Origin: Rubrobacteraceae bacterium
Lineage (GTDB): Bacteria; Actinomycetota; Rubrobacteria; Rubrobacterales; Rubrobacteraceae
Length of the DNA: 62,935 nucleotides
Direction of reading: 5' to 3'
NCBI GenBank assembly: GCA_049650095.1
Contig: JBARZM010000115.1
Coordinates: 1 to 62,935, forward strand
Shown here: piece after piece, positions 9,490-17,780 of the stretch
Layout of the letters: each line of letters opens with the position of its first letter
Position numbering within the stretch: the stretch's first letter is position 1
Notes under the pieces: model-generated
Told to the model about the DNA's origin: nothing
The model's database searches: none
The model's input: the letters and a program-made list of their open reading frames with translations, nothing else
Made by a program: the position numbers and the translations under genes

Positions 9490-10398
9490 TTATCCAACTA
9501 CCTCAACAGCCTGCATGAAGGCCACACCTCTATGGTTTTCGATAAGTTTGATAATAGGAGTAGCCGAAAGAGTTTGAATGCAAGCGTGGTGAACTGTAAG
9601 TACCGCGTCCTGAAAATCGTTGTTTTCCTCAAGCCGCGCGACCTTGATTCCCAGCTCTGAGGCGCGCTCTAACGAAATATGCCTGTCGTGAGTGAGCGTT
9701 AGTTCATGGCTGCCCAGTTCTTCCACGATCTGTGCAGCCTTGTCATCTGCACCGTAATCTTCCGCGAACATGCCCGAGATGAGATTATCTTTGACCATCT
9801 GCGAAGACCAATCTATAGCCTTCTGCGCCTCACCGATCAAGGTAGGATTGTACTTGGCAATAATAGGCTGCCATACAGGTATCCTTGTTTGGTCTTCCCG
9901 GATTTCGTCGGCCGCTCGATTGAACTCTTCAATGATGCCGTGTGCCGGCAAGCCGAAGATTTGGGGATCGACAGGACCTAGACTAGACTGCGCGCCCATA
10001 ACGACTTCTTTGCACGCCAAAGCGACCATCGTCCCAGCCGACATGGCAAGTTGCGGTACGATAGCGCGCATATCGTTACCAAACATCTTGCGCAGATAGT
10101 CTATAAGAGACTCAGTGGCAGCGGTTGCCCCTCCAGGTGTATGCAGCAGTAAGTCTAGTCCTTTGGAGCGATCGAGTTCGTGGATGGTGGCCATAAACCC
10201 GTTCTTGTCGTTGTCATTTAGTTCGAAACCTGTGACGCCTTGATTAAGTAGATCACTTTTCTGAAGCCAAGCTGAATAGTAGACGATGACATTGCGGCCT
10301 GTGAGTTCCTGAAGTTGCTGAAGATACTTACGCCTTGTTAGGTCGTAAACGCTTCCAGCAGTTCTAACTTCGTCAAGAAGCTGATTCCAGTTGGGCAT
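9490..10398 (-). CDS. SDH-family Clp-fold serine protease (ClpP/SppA-like, cytoplasmic)
   Basis: 302 aa. GLDLLLHTPGGATAATESLIDYLR and QLAMSAGTMVALACKEVVMG motifs are typical of the serine dehydrogenase proteinase (PF01972-like) family. No signal peptide or TM segment. Confidence 0.75.
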   Translation of the reverse strand: MPNWNQLLDEVRTAGSVYDLTRRKYLQQLQELTGRNVIVYYSAWLQKSDLLNQGVTGFELNDNDKNGFMATIHELDRSKGLDLLLHTPGGATAATESLIDYLRKMFGNDMRAIVPQLAMSAGTMVALACKEVVMGAQSSLGPVDPQIFGLPAHGIIEEFNRAADEIREDQTRIPVWQPIIAKYNPTLIGEAQKAIDWSSQMVKDNLISGMFAEDYGADDKAAQIVEELGSHELTLTHDRHISLERASELGIKVARLEENNDFQDAVLTVHHACIQTLSATPIIKLIENHRGVAFMQAVEVVG

Positions 10399-10643
10399 TA
10401 AGCGGTGGGTGCCGCCTTGGTGCTGTTAGACAACCGTGTTATGTATCGAACCTTTTGGTTGTCCGCAGACTTTCTGACGATCTCTTGGCGCAAGGCGACA
10501 TCGCGCTTTTCTTGGGTATCTAAGTCCAGCTCTTCAAATATGCTGACCACTTCGGGTTCAGAGAATTTCGGCCTTCTTGTCTGCATTTGCTCCACGTCCG
10601 TTCCCCTTTCGTCCCTATCCCCAGCCACACCCTTGATATTCAA
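10398..10643 (-). CDS. Small hypothetical protein, translationally coupled to the protease
   Basis: 81 aa from TTG 10643, or 62 aa from ATG 10586. Its stop TAA shares 1 nt with the protease ATG (TAATG). Same AT-rich composition. No recognisable domain. Confidence 0.45.
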   Translation of the reverse strand: MNIKGVAGDRDERGTDVEQMQTRRPKFSEPEVVSIFEELDLDTQEKRDVALRQEIVRKSADNQKVRYITRLSNSTKAAPTA

Positions 10644-10788
10644 GTGTCAACTATCTACTCTCTGTTCCTATTATAGGCTGATTTGTCTTGACATGGGTTA
10701 AGCTTTATTAATATTTGTTGGCAGATTATGTAGGTCTTCCGCTCAATTTGCTCATGCCACTCCAAAGTCCACCTTACCTTTTACACCC

Positions 10789-11064
10789 TCAGAACCTGTC
10801 GACGTCCGCCTCGGTCTCTACTTTTACCTCAACGGCTTTGGCCCCGGCTTCAAGGGCGGCCTCTGTGACCTTCATCGTCGCCTGCAGCACCTCATCACGA
10901 CCGCCGGAGAGCATCATGGTCTCTGGGCCGGCCTCGCGGGCCAGCCCAGAGGCACCGGCAGTCTCTTTCGCAGCCCCGATCTGCTCCCGTGGCGGCTTCT
11001 CGGCCCGGTCCGAAGTCACGACCTTCAGCTCCGCGCTGACCGGCGCCCGCTCGTAGCCGGGCAT
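10789..11064 (-). CDS. Hypothetical 91-aa protein coupled to the xanthine dehydrogenase large subunit
   Basis: Its ATG overlaps the stop of the Mo-subunit gene (TAATG). Host-like GC. Ala/Glu-rich with no recognisable motif. Confidence 0.5.
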   Translation of the reverse strand: MPGYERAPVSAELKVVTSDRAEKPPREQIGAAKETAGASGLAREAGPETMMLSGGRDEVLQATMKVTEAALEAGAKAVEVKVETEADVDRF

Positions 11065-13442
11065 TAGTACTCCTTCCTCTCATCCAGACGACCGATCTCC
11101 GCGTATCCGGCGCTGCCGGGCTGGGGCGGCTCATCGGGCGGCTTCTCGGAGATGCCCGCGATCTGCTCGGGCTTCACCGGGACCCGCGTAAGCTCTCTTC
11201 CGGTGGCGTCGCGCAGCGCGGCGACGATAGCCGGGGTAGAGGCGATCGTCGGAGGTTCGCCGACGCCTTTGAGTCCGTAGGGGGCTTCGGGGTCAGCCAG
11301 TTCCAGGATTTCCATCTTGACCGACGGCATGTCGAGGATGGTGGGTATGAGGTAGTCGGTAAAAGACGCGTTCTGGACCTTGCCTTCTTTTATCTGGATC
11401 TCCTCCATCAATGCGAGGCCGAGTCCCTGGGCGATGCCGCCCTCGATCTGGCCCTCTAAAGCCTGCGGGTTCATGACCTTCCCCACGTCCTGGGCCGTGG
11501 CGATTTCCACCACCCGCACGAGCCCGAGCTCCGTATCCACCTCCACCACGGCCCGATGGGCGGCGAAGGCGAACTGTAGATGGGCCTCGCCCTGCCCTTT
11601 GTCGTCCAGCGGGTGCGTCTCTTTGTGGTGGAACTCGACCGTTTCCTCGATTTCCTCGCCATCCAGAAGATCGGCCAGCGCGACCACCGTCCGGCCGTCC
11701 GAGGCGACACCTCCCCCTTCTATTGAGAGGCCGGCTGGATCTTCCCCAAACTCGTCCTCGACGAGCGCGAACACCCGTTCACGGACCGCCTCGCAGGCCA
11801 TCTTCACCGCGCCGCCAGTCATGTAAGTCTGCCGGGAGGCGGAGGTGGAACCTGCTGAGCCAACGCGGGTGTCCGCCGGAAGCACGGCGACCTTCTCGAC
11901 GCCGAGCTCGGTACGGGCGATCTGGGCCTGCACCATTACGCCACCCTGCCCCACTTCCGCCGCTGCGGTGTGAACCGCCACGAGCGGCTCGCCATCGCTG
12001 ATCGAGAGCCTGACCCTGGCGGTGGAGTAATCGTCGAAGCCCGCCGAGAAACCGATGTTCTTGAAACCCACCGCATACCCGACGCCCCGCGCCACGCCCT
12101 CGCCGTGCGTCACGTTCGAGACACCACCCGGCAACTCGCGCAGGTCCCGGCCCACCAGCTCTTTCTCCTCCGGAAGAGGCATGGCCTTTACGCGCTCCAG
12201 GATCTCCGCTACCGGGGCCGGGTACGGCACTTCCTGGCCGAACGGGAACCGGTCGCCGGGCTTTATGGCGTTCTTCACGCGAAGCTCGACCGGGTCCATG
12301 TCGAGCTCCCGCGCCAGCTTGTCCATCTGGGACTCGTGGGCGAAACAGGCCTGGACGGCGCCGAAGCCGCGCATCGCGCCGCAGGGTGGGTTGTTCGTGT
12401 AGAGCATGTGGCTCACGATCTCCGCGTTCGGGACGTCGTAAGGACCACAGGCGAAGGTCGCCGCGTTCAGGCACACGGCGTTTGAGCTGGAGGCGTAGGC
12501 GCCGCCGTCAAAAACGAGCCGCGCCTTGACGTAGACGAGTTTTCCGTCCTTCGTGGCGCCGTGTTCGTAGCCCATCTTCGCCGGGTGACGGTGGACGTGG
12601 CCGAAGAAGGATTCCTCGCGGTTGTAGGACATCTTTACGGGGCGTTCGGTTTTCAGGGCGAGCATGCAGGCGTGGATCTGCATGGAGAGGTCTTCGCGCC
12701 CGCCAAAGGCCCCGCCGACGCCCGAAAGCTCCAGCCGGACCTGTTCCGGCCCAAGCCCGAGGCTCTCGGCGATCTGGTCCTGGTCTATGTGTAGCCACTG
12801 GGTCGAGATGTAGAGGTCAACCCCGCCCTCACCGTCCGGTATCGCGAGCCCGGACTCCGGTCCGAGGAAAGCCTGATCCTGCATCCCGATCTCGTACTCT
12901 CCTGTTACCGCAACATCCGCCGCGGCGCTGCCCGCGTCTCCGTGCTCTATCCGGATCTGCCGGAGCACGTTGCCGGAGAGGTGCAGTTGCGGCGCGTCCT
13001 CCCGCATCGCCGCTTCGGCGTCCGCGAGTGTATCGAAGACTTCGTACTCCACAGAGATTCTCTCCAGCGCCCTCCGGGCCGTCTCCGGGTGATCCGCGGC
13101 TACGATAGCAACCGGCTCACCCTGATAGCGCACCTTTTCCCAGGCGAGCACGGGCTGGTCGGGGATCTCCATCCCATAGACTTTGCGCCCCGGTACGTCC
13201 TCGTGCGTCAGGACGGCGTACACCCCGGGCATGTCTTCGGCCTCCGAAGTATCTATGGACCGGATCTCCGCGTGCGGGTGTGGGCTGCGGAGCGTTGCGC
13301 CCCACAACCTTCCGTCCATATAAAGGTCCGAAGAGTACTCGAACTCTCCCTTGACCTTCGGGGCGCCGTCCGGTCGAACCGTACTCTCGCCGACCCTGCC
13401 GGGTATCGTGGGCGTCTTGGGACTTTCGCGGGTCGCGGGCAT
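11064..13442 (-). CDS. Xanthine dehydrogenase, molybdopterin-binding large subunit
   Basis: The track ORF extends to 13793, but that part overlaps the Fe-S subunit gene. Internal ATG 13442 gives 792 aa starting MPATRES. Aldehyde oxidase/XDH a/b-hammerhead and MoCo-binding regions are present (GVGGAFGGRED, NPPCGAMRGFG, GVGEPP). Confidence 0.9.
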   Translation of the reverse strand: MPATRESPKTPTIPGRVGESTVRPDGAPKVKGEFEYSSDLYMDGRLWGATLRSPHPHAEIRSIDTSEAEDMPGVYAVLTHEDVPGRKVYGMEIPDQPVLAWEKVRYQGEPVAIVAADHPETARRALERISVEYEVFDTLADAEAAMREDAPQLHLSGNVLRQIRIEHGDAGSAAADVAVTGEYEIGMQDQAFLGPESGLAIPDGEGGVDLYISTQWLHIDQDQIAESLGLGPEQVRLELSGVGGAFGGREDLSMQIHACMLALKTERPVKMSYNREESFFGHVHRHPAKMGYEHGATKDGKLVYVKARLVFDGGAYASSSNAVCLNAATFACGPYDVPNAEIVSHMLYTNNPPCGAMRGFGAVQACFAHESQMDKLARELDMDPVELRVKNAIKPGDRFPFGQEVPYPAPVAEILERVKAMPLPEEKELVGRDLRELPGGVSNVTHGEGVARGVGYAVGFKNIGFSAGFDDYSTARVRLSISDGEPLVAVHTAAAEVGQGGVMVQAQIARTELGVEKVAVLPADTRVGSAGSTSASRQTYMTGGAVKMACEAVRERVFALVEDEFGEDPAGLSIEGGGVASDGRTVVALADLLDGEEIEETVEFHHKETHPLDDKGQGEAHLQFAFAAHRAVVEVDTELGLVRVVEIATAQDVGKVMNPQALEGQIEGGIAQGLGLALMEEIQIKEGKVQNASFTDYLIPTILDMPSVKMEILELADPEAPYGLKGVGEPPTIASTPAIVAALRDATGRELTRVPVKPEQIAGISEKPPDEPPQPGSAGYAEIGRLDERKEY

Positions 13443-13456
13443 CGCCGCCCGGCCCG

Positions 13457-13924
13457 TCACGCGCCCATCTTCCCGGCGGCGAGGTGAACGGCGTCCAGGA
13501 TCTTCTCGTAACCCGTGCAACGGCAGAGGTTGCCGGCCAACGCCTCCCTTATCTCCGCGTCCGTCGGCGCCGGGATACGTTCCAGCAAATCGTGGGCGGC
13601 TACGACGAGCCCCGGAGTGCAGAACCCGCACTGTACAGCCCCCGCTTCGACAAAGGCCTCCTGCACGGGATGCAGCCCGTCGTTCTCCGCGATGCCCTCG
13701 ACCGTAACGACCTCTCGCCCCTCCGCCTGTCCCGCGAGCACCAGACAAGAACACACGAGCGTACCGTCCAGGTACACCGAGCAGGAGCCGCACTCACCCT
13801 GCTCGCAGGCGTTCTTGGAGCCCGGCAGACTGAGCCGCTCGCGCAGCACGTACAGCAGGCTCTCTCCTTCCCACACGTCGTCCACCTCGCGCGCCTCGCC
13901 GTTCACGTCGAACTCCAGTCGCAT
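13457..13924 (-). CDS. Xanthine dehydrogenase [2Fe-2S] small subunit
   Basis: 155 aa with CEQGECGSCSV and CGFCTPG...CRCTGY cysteine motifs of the (2Fe-2S)-binding subunit. Confidence 0.9.
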   Translation of the reverse strand: MRLEFDVNGEAREVDDVWEGESLLYVLRERLSLPGSKNACEQGECGSCSVYLDGTLVCSCLVLAGQAEGREVVTVEGIAENDGLHPVQEAFVEAGAVQCGFCTPGLVVAAHDLLERIPAPTDAEIREALAGNLCRCTGYEKILDAVHLAAGKMGA

Positions 13925-14818
13925 CTACCCACCTTCCCGATACTCATTCCAGGCCCAGCGTAAGGTACGCCGGGCCAACACGCCAACCGCGTGCCGCCGG
14001 TACTCTCCACTACCCCGGAGATCGTCTATGGGCCGGGCCGCCGCCGCTACCAGTTCTCCGAAACGTCCTAGCGCCGCCTCGTCCAACGCCTCGCGCGAAC
14101 CCCACAACCTGTATTCTTCCAGCAAGCTCCGGATAAACTCTTCGGCCTCGTAAGCCCGGATGGGCGTCGGCCCGGCCGACCCTATACACGCGCACACCTC
14201 CCCCTTCTCCGGATGGAGGGCGAGACCGAGGGAGCAGACGGCTATGACCATCGCGTTGCGCGTTCCGATCTTGGCGTACTGCTGCGGACCGTCCGCCTCC
14301 GGGATGTAGAAGGCGGAGATTACCTCTTCAGGCTTCGTCGCGGTCTTTTTCGGCGCCTTTATAAACTCGGAAACCGGCACGCGGCGCGTCCCTCCGACAG
14401 ATGCGAGTTCCACCTCCGCGCCGGAGACGTAAAGCGGCGGCAGGGCGTCGCCGGCGGGAGAGGCGGTGCCGAGGTTCCCCCCGATGGTGCCGCGGTTTCG
14501 GATCTGGGGAGATCCCACCGTCCGGGAGGCGATGGCGAGCCCCGGCAGCCGGTCCGCCATCTCCCGTATGACCTGTGTATACGTGACCCCGGCCCCGATC
14601 CGCAATCGACCGTTCTCCGTCCCCCACTCCTGTAGCTCCGGCACGCGCGTCAGGTCGAGGATCGTTTCGGGGCGGCGGCGGTCGAAGTTCAACTCCACCA
14701 TCAGATCCGTGCCCCCGGAGATCGGCCTGGCTTCCGGATGCGCGGCTTTCGCTTCCAGGGCTTCTTGCCAGGTTGTGGGTTGCAGGAACTCTATCCTTCC
14801 CCCTTTCACGTGAAACAT
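13925..14818 (-). CDS. Xanthine dehydrogenase FAD-binding subunit
   Basis: ATG 14818 (MFHVKGG) is chosen over the longer track ORF. Carries a CO dehydrogenase flavoprotein-type FAD domain (ISGGTDLMVELN, RNRGTIGGNL). Abuts the Fe-S subunit start. Confidence 0.85.
   Translation of the reverse strand: MFHVKGGRIEFLQPTTWQEALEAKAAHPEARPISGGTDLMVELNFDRRRPETILDLTRVPELQEWGTENGRLRIGAGVTYTQVIREMADRLPGLAIASRTVGSPQIRNRGTIGGNLGTASPAGDALPPLYVSGAEVELASVGGTRRVPVSEFIKAPKKTATKPEEVISAFYIPEADGPQQYAKIGTRNAMVIAVCSLGLALHPEKGEVCACIGSAGPTPIRAYEAEEFIRSLLEEYRLWGSREALDEAALGRFGELVAAAARPIDDLRGSGEYRRHAVGVLARRTLRWAWNEYREGG
14802..14817. promoter_or_regulatory. parS-like site (CCTTTCACGTGAAACA, 14/16 to consensus TGTTTCACGTGAAACA)
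   Basis: Direct sequence match. Overlaps the start codon of the XDH FAD subunit, 13 kb from parAB. Confidence 0.4.
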
Positions 14819-14990
14819 CGCTCCAGTGAGAAGGTCCGGCCAGGTGATAGCCCGCGGGCGCGCCTTCTCTCTCCCGGTTTGTCGGACGCTATCGCGCCCC
14901 CGTACCCAGCATACTATCCCTACGGCAATCTGGCGGTCAACGTATGCCTGTACAAACCTTGCCACACTCTAGTGCGAATGTCGCCGTGTT

Positions 14991-17423
14991 CTAACCCACC
15001 ACGACGTTCACCAGCCTTCCCGGAACGTAGATGCTCTTGCGGACCTGCTTTCCTTCGAGGTGCGGCAGGATCTTCCCGCTGGCGAGCGCCAACTCTTTCG
15101 CATCGTCTTCGGAGATGTCCGCCGGGGCTTCGATGCGGTCGCGGACTTTGCCGTTGACCTGGATTATGAGCGTTATTTCTTCTTCTGCGATGAGCGATTC
15201 GTCGTAGCCGGGCCACGCCTGCTCGTGGACGGAGTAAGGCTCTCCCAGGGCGGCCCACATCTCTTCGGCGTGATGCGGGGCGAGTGGGGCGAGCAGCAGG
15301 GCGAAGGTGCGGAGCGCGTCGCCCCACGCCGCTTCTTCCGCCTCGTCGCGCACGGCGAGCAGGTAGTTGGTGTGCTCCATGAGCCCCGCGATGGCCGTAT
15401 TGAACCGGAACGCCGCGAGGTCTTCGGTCACCTTTTTCGTCGTGCGGGCCGTGCGGCGGGGAAGCTCGGCGGGGTCGGCGTCCGCGCCGGTGGCGTCGCC
15501 GTCCCCGGTTAGGGTGAGCGCCCGGCGCAGGAAACGGGCCACGCCCTCAATGCCGCGTCCGTCCCAGGGGCCGCCCTGGTCCCACGGCCCGATAAACATC
15601 AGGAAGCATCGCAGCGCGTCGGAGCCGTAGCGCTCTACGAGATCCTGCGGGTTCACGACGTTGCCCCGACTCTTGCTCATCTTCTCCGCGTCCTCGCCCA
15701 GGATGATGCCCTGGTTGAAGAGCTTCAACATCGGCTCGTCGAAGTCCACGAGCCCGAGGTCGCGCATTACCTTCGTGAAGAAGCGCGTGTACAGGAGGTG
15801 CATCACCGCGTGCTCGATGCCGCCGGTATATTGGTCCACGGGCAACCACTTCGCCCCGCGCTCCGGATCAAATGGCCCCTCGTCGTAGTGCGGGCTCAGA
15901 TACCGGTACTGGTACCACGACGAATCCATGAACGTGTCCATCGTGTCGGTCTCGCGCTCCGCCGGGCCCCCGCAGATGGGACAGGTCGTGTTGCGGAAAC
16001 CTTCGTGCAGCTTGAGCGGGGACTCGCCGGTCGGGGTGAACTCGGCGTCCTCGGGGAGCAGGACGGGCAGGTCTTCCTCCGGGACGGGGACGGGGCCGTG
16101 TTCGGGGCAGTAGATTATGGGGATCGGTGTCCCCCAGTACCGCTGGCGGCTGATGAGCCAGTCCCGCAGCCGGTACGTCACCGTGGACTCGCCGGCGTTC
16201 TTCTCTTCGAGCGCCTCGGTCATGCGCTTTTTGGCTTCCTCTATCTCCAGGCCGTCGAGGAAGCCGGAGTTTATGGCCGGGCCTTCGCCGACATAGGCCT
16301 CGCCGTCAAAGTCTTCGGGGGGCTGTACGGTTCGGATTATTGGCAGGTCGTATTTGGCGGCGAAGTCCCAGTCGCGCTGGTCCTGGCCGGGGACCGCCAT
16401 GATCGCGCCGGTCCCGTAACCCATGAGCACGTAATCAGCTATGTAGATCGGGATCCTCTGCTCGTTCGCCGGGTTGATCGCGTACGCCCCGGTGAACACG
16501 CCGGTCTTCTCGCGGGTGACGTCCGTCCGGTCGATCTCGGTCATGCGACCGGCCTTCTCGACGTACTCGCCCACCGCTTCCGCTTGCTCCGGAGTCGTGA
16601 TCTCCCCGACTGCCGGATGCTCGGGGCTCATCACGAAGAACGTCGCCCCGAAGAGCGTGTCCGGGCGGGTCGTGAATACTTCCAGGGGGCCGTAACCGGG
16701 GACTTCGAAGACTATTTCGGCGCCTTCGGAGCGCCCGATCCAATTGGTCTGAAGCGTCTTTACGCGCTCGGGCCAGTCTATCTTCGAGAAGTCCAGAAGC
16801 TCTTCGGCGTAGTCCGTGATCCTGAAGAGCCACTGCGCGAGGTTCTTTTTTACGACCGGCGTCCCGCACCGCTCACAGACCCGATCCGGGCCGACTACCT
16901 GCTCCCGGGCGAGCGTCGTATTGTCTTTCGGACACCAGTCCACCGGCGCTTCTTTGCGGTACGCCAGTCCTTTTTCGAGGAACTTGAGGAAGAACCACTG
17001 GTTCCAGCGGTAGTATTCCGGCGTGCAGGTGACTACTTCCGAGGAGCGGTCGAACATCGCGCCCATCTGCCCCAGTTGCCCGCGCATGTTCTCGATATTC
17101 GACATGGTCCACTTGTATGGGTGTATGCCCCGGTTGATGGCCGCGTTCTCCGCCGGAAGCCCGAAAGCGTCGAAGCCTATCGGAAAAAAGACCCGGTACC
17201 CGCTCATCCGCATAAACCGCGCATGAGTGTCCGAGGGCGTCATCGCGTACCAGTGCCCGACGTGCAGATCCCCACTCGGGTACGGCAGCATCGTGAGCGC
17301 GTAGTGTTTCGGCTTATCGGGGTCCTCGTCGGTCTTGTAGAGACCAGTCTCAGACCACCGCTCTTGCCAGCGATGCTCCAGGGCCGTGGGATCATAGGTT
17401 TTCTTACGTTGCGTCTCGCTCAC
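14991..17423 (-). CDS. leuS: Leucyl-tRNA synthetase
   Basis: GTG 17423 follows GAAGGAG; the track ORF carries an implausible 80-aa N-terminal extension. HIGH-type (PYPSGDLHVGH) and KMSKS motifs are present. 810 aa. Confidence 0.93.
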   Translation of the reverse strand: MSETQRKKTYDPTALEHRWQERWSETGLYKTDEDPDKPKHYALTMLPYPSGDLHVGHWYAMTPSDTHARFMRMSGYRVFFPIGFDAFGLPAENAAINRGIHPYKWTMSNIENMRGQLGQMGAMFDRSSEVVTCTPEYYRWNQWFFLKFLEKGLAYRKEAPVDWCPKDNTTLAREQVVGPDRVCERCGTPVVKKNLAQWLFRITDYAEELLDFSKIDWPERVKTLQTNWIGRSEGAEIVFEVPGYGPLEVFTTRPDTLFGATFFVMSPEHPAVGEITTPEQAEAVGEYVEKAGRMTEIDRTDVTREKTGVFTGAYAINPANEQRIPIYIADYVLMGYGTGAIMAVPGQDQRDWDFAAKYDLPIIRTVQPPEDFDGEAYVGEGPAINSGFLDGLEIEEAKKRMTEALEEKNAGESTVTYRLRDWLISRQRYWGTPIPIIYCPEHGPVPVPEEDLPVLLPEDAEFTPTGESPLKLHEGFRNTTCPICGGPAERETDTMDTFMDSSWYQYRYLSPHYDEGPFDPERGAKWLPVDQYTGGIEHAVMHLLYTRFFTKVMRDLGLVDFDEPMLKLFNQGIILGEDAEKMSKSRGNVVNPQDLVERYGSDALRCFLMFIGPWDQGGPWDGRGIEGVARFLRRALTLTGDGDATGADADPAELPRRTARTTKKVTEDLAAFRFNTAIAGLMEHTNYLLAVRDEAEEAAWGDALRTFALLLAPLAPHHAEEMWAALGEPYSVHEQAWPGYDESLIAEEEITLIIQVNGKVRDRIEAPADISEDDAKELALASGKILPHLEGKQVRKSIYVPGRLVNVVVG

Positions 17424-17780
17424 GAGAGGCTCCTTCTCGGGTGTGATGTTGGGTGTTTCGGAATCGGTAATAAGGCGCGGGACTCTATAGTCGTGCGGTA
17501 GCCAAGCAAGCTGTATAGACCCCGGCGTACATGCGCCTAATATAGCATCGCGGCCTCTATTTATGAAGAAGCCGCCGCCCGGAGATGTTCCGCCGGACGG
17601 ACAGATCGTTGACCAGGACCCCGGGGCCGGCGAGATACACGCCCGGCGCCCGAAAAGCGTCACCTAATCCCGCAACGCCGCGCCCGCCGAAGAAGAGCAG
17701 AGGCTAGCAGGGGCTAGCACCGTCTAACATCCTGACCGTGGAGATCCAAATTCTCGGGCTCGCAAGCACCCCAAGCGCGT

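Larger units (their letters stand above)
9340..10785. other. AT-richer compositional island inserted in the purine cluster (two minus-strand genes)
   Basis: By eye clearly lower GC than the flanks, with different codon texture. Bounded by the permease start region and the end of the xdh operon. No integrase or obvious flanking repeat seen. Confidence 0.6.

Noticed and set aside
10688-10714. Plus-strand TTGACA ... TAATAT promoter-like element in the island.
   Set aside because: The spacer is only 15 nt. It would drive transcription antisense into the 3' end of the xdh operon with no plausible downstream gene, so it is probably a chance match in AT-rich DNA.
13443-13793. 117-aa N-terminal extension of the XDH Mo-subunit ORF. 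Analogous extensions exist at 14819..14965 (FAD subunit), 17424..17663 (leuS), 26312..26380 (parB), 23207..23272 (modB) and 9280..9330 (permease).
   Set aside because: The extensions overlap upstream genes or are Arg/Gly-rich junk. Internal starts give family-typical N-termini, often with a Shine-Dalgarno or stop-start overlap.
17424-17780. 357-nt non-coding gap upstream of leuS, examined for a T-box leader.
   Set aside because: No T-box consensus (GGTGGTACCGCG-like) or specifier architecture was found. Only a GCTAGC-CCCT-GCTAGC hairpin (17703-17718, minus-strand sense), a TCTATA/TATAGA hairpin and a weak TATATT -10 at 17539-17544 are present. These are too weak to call.
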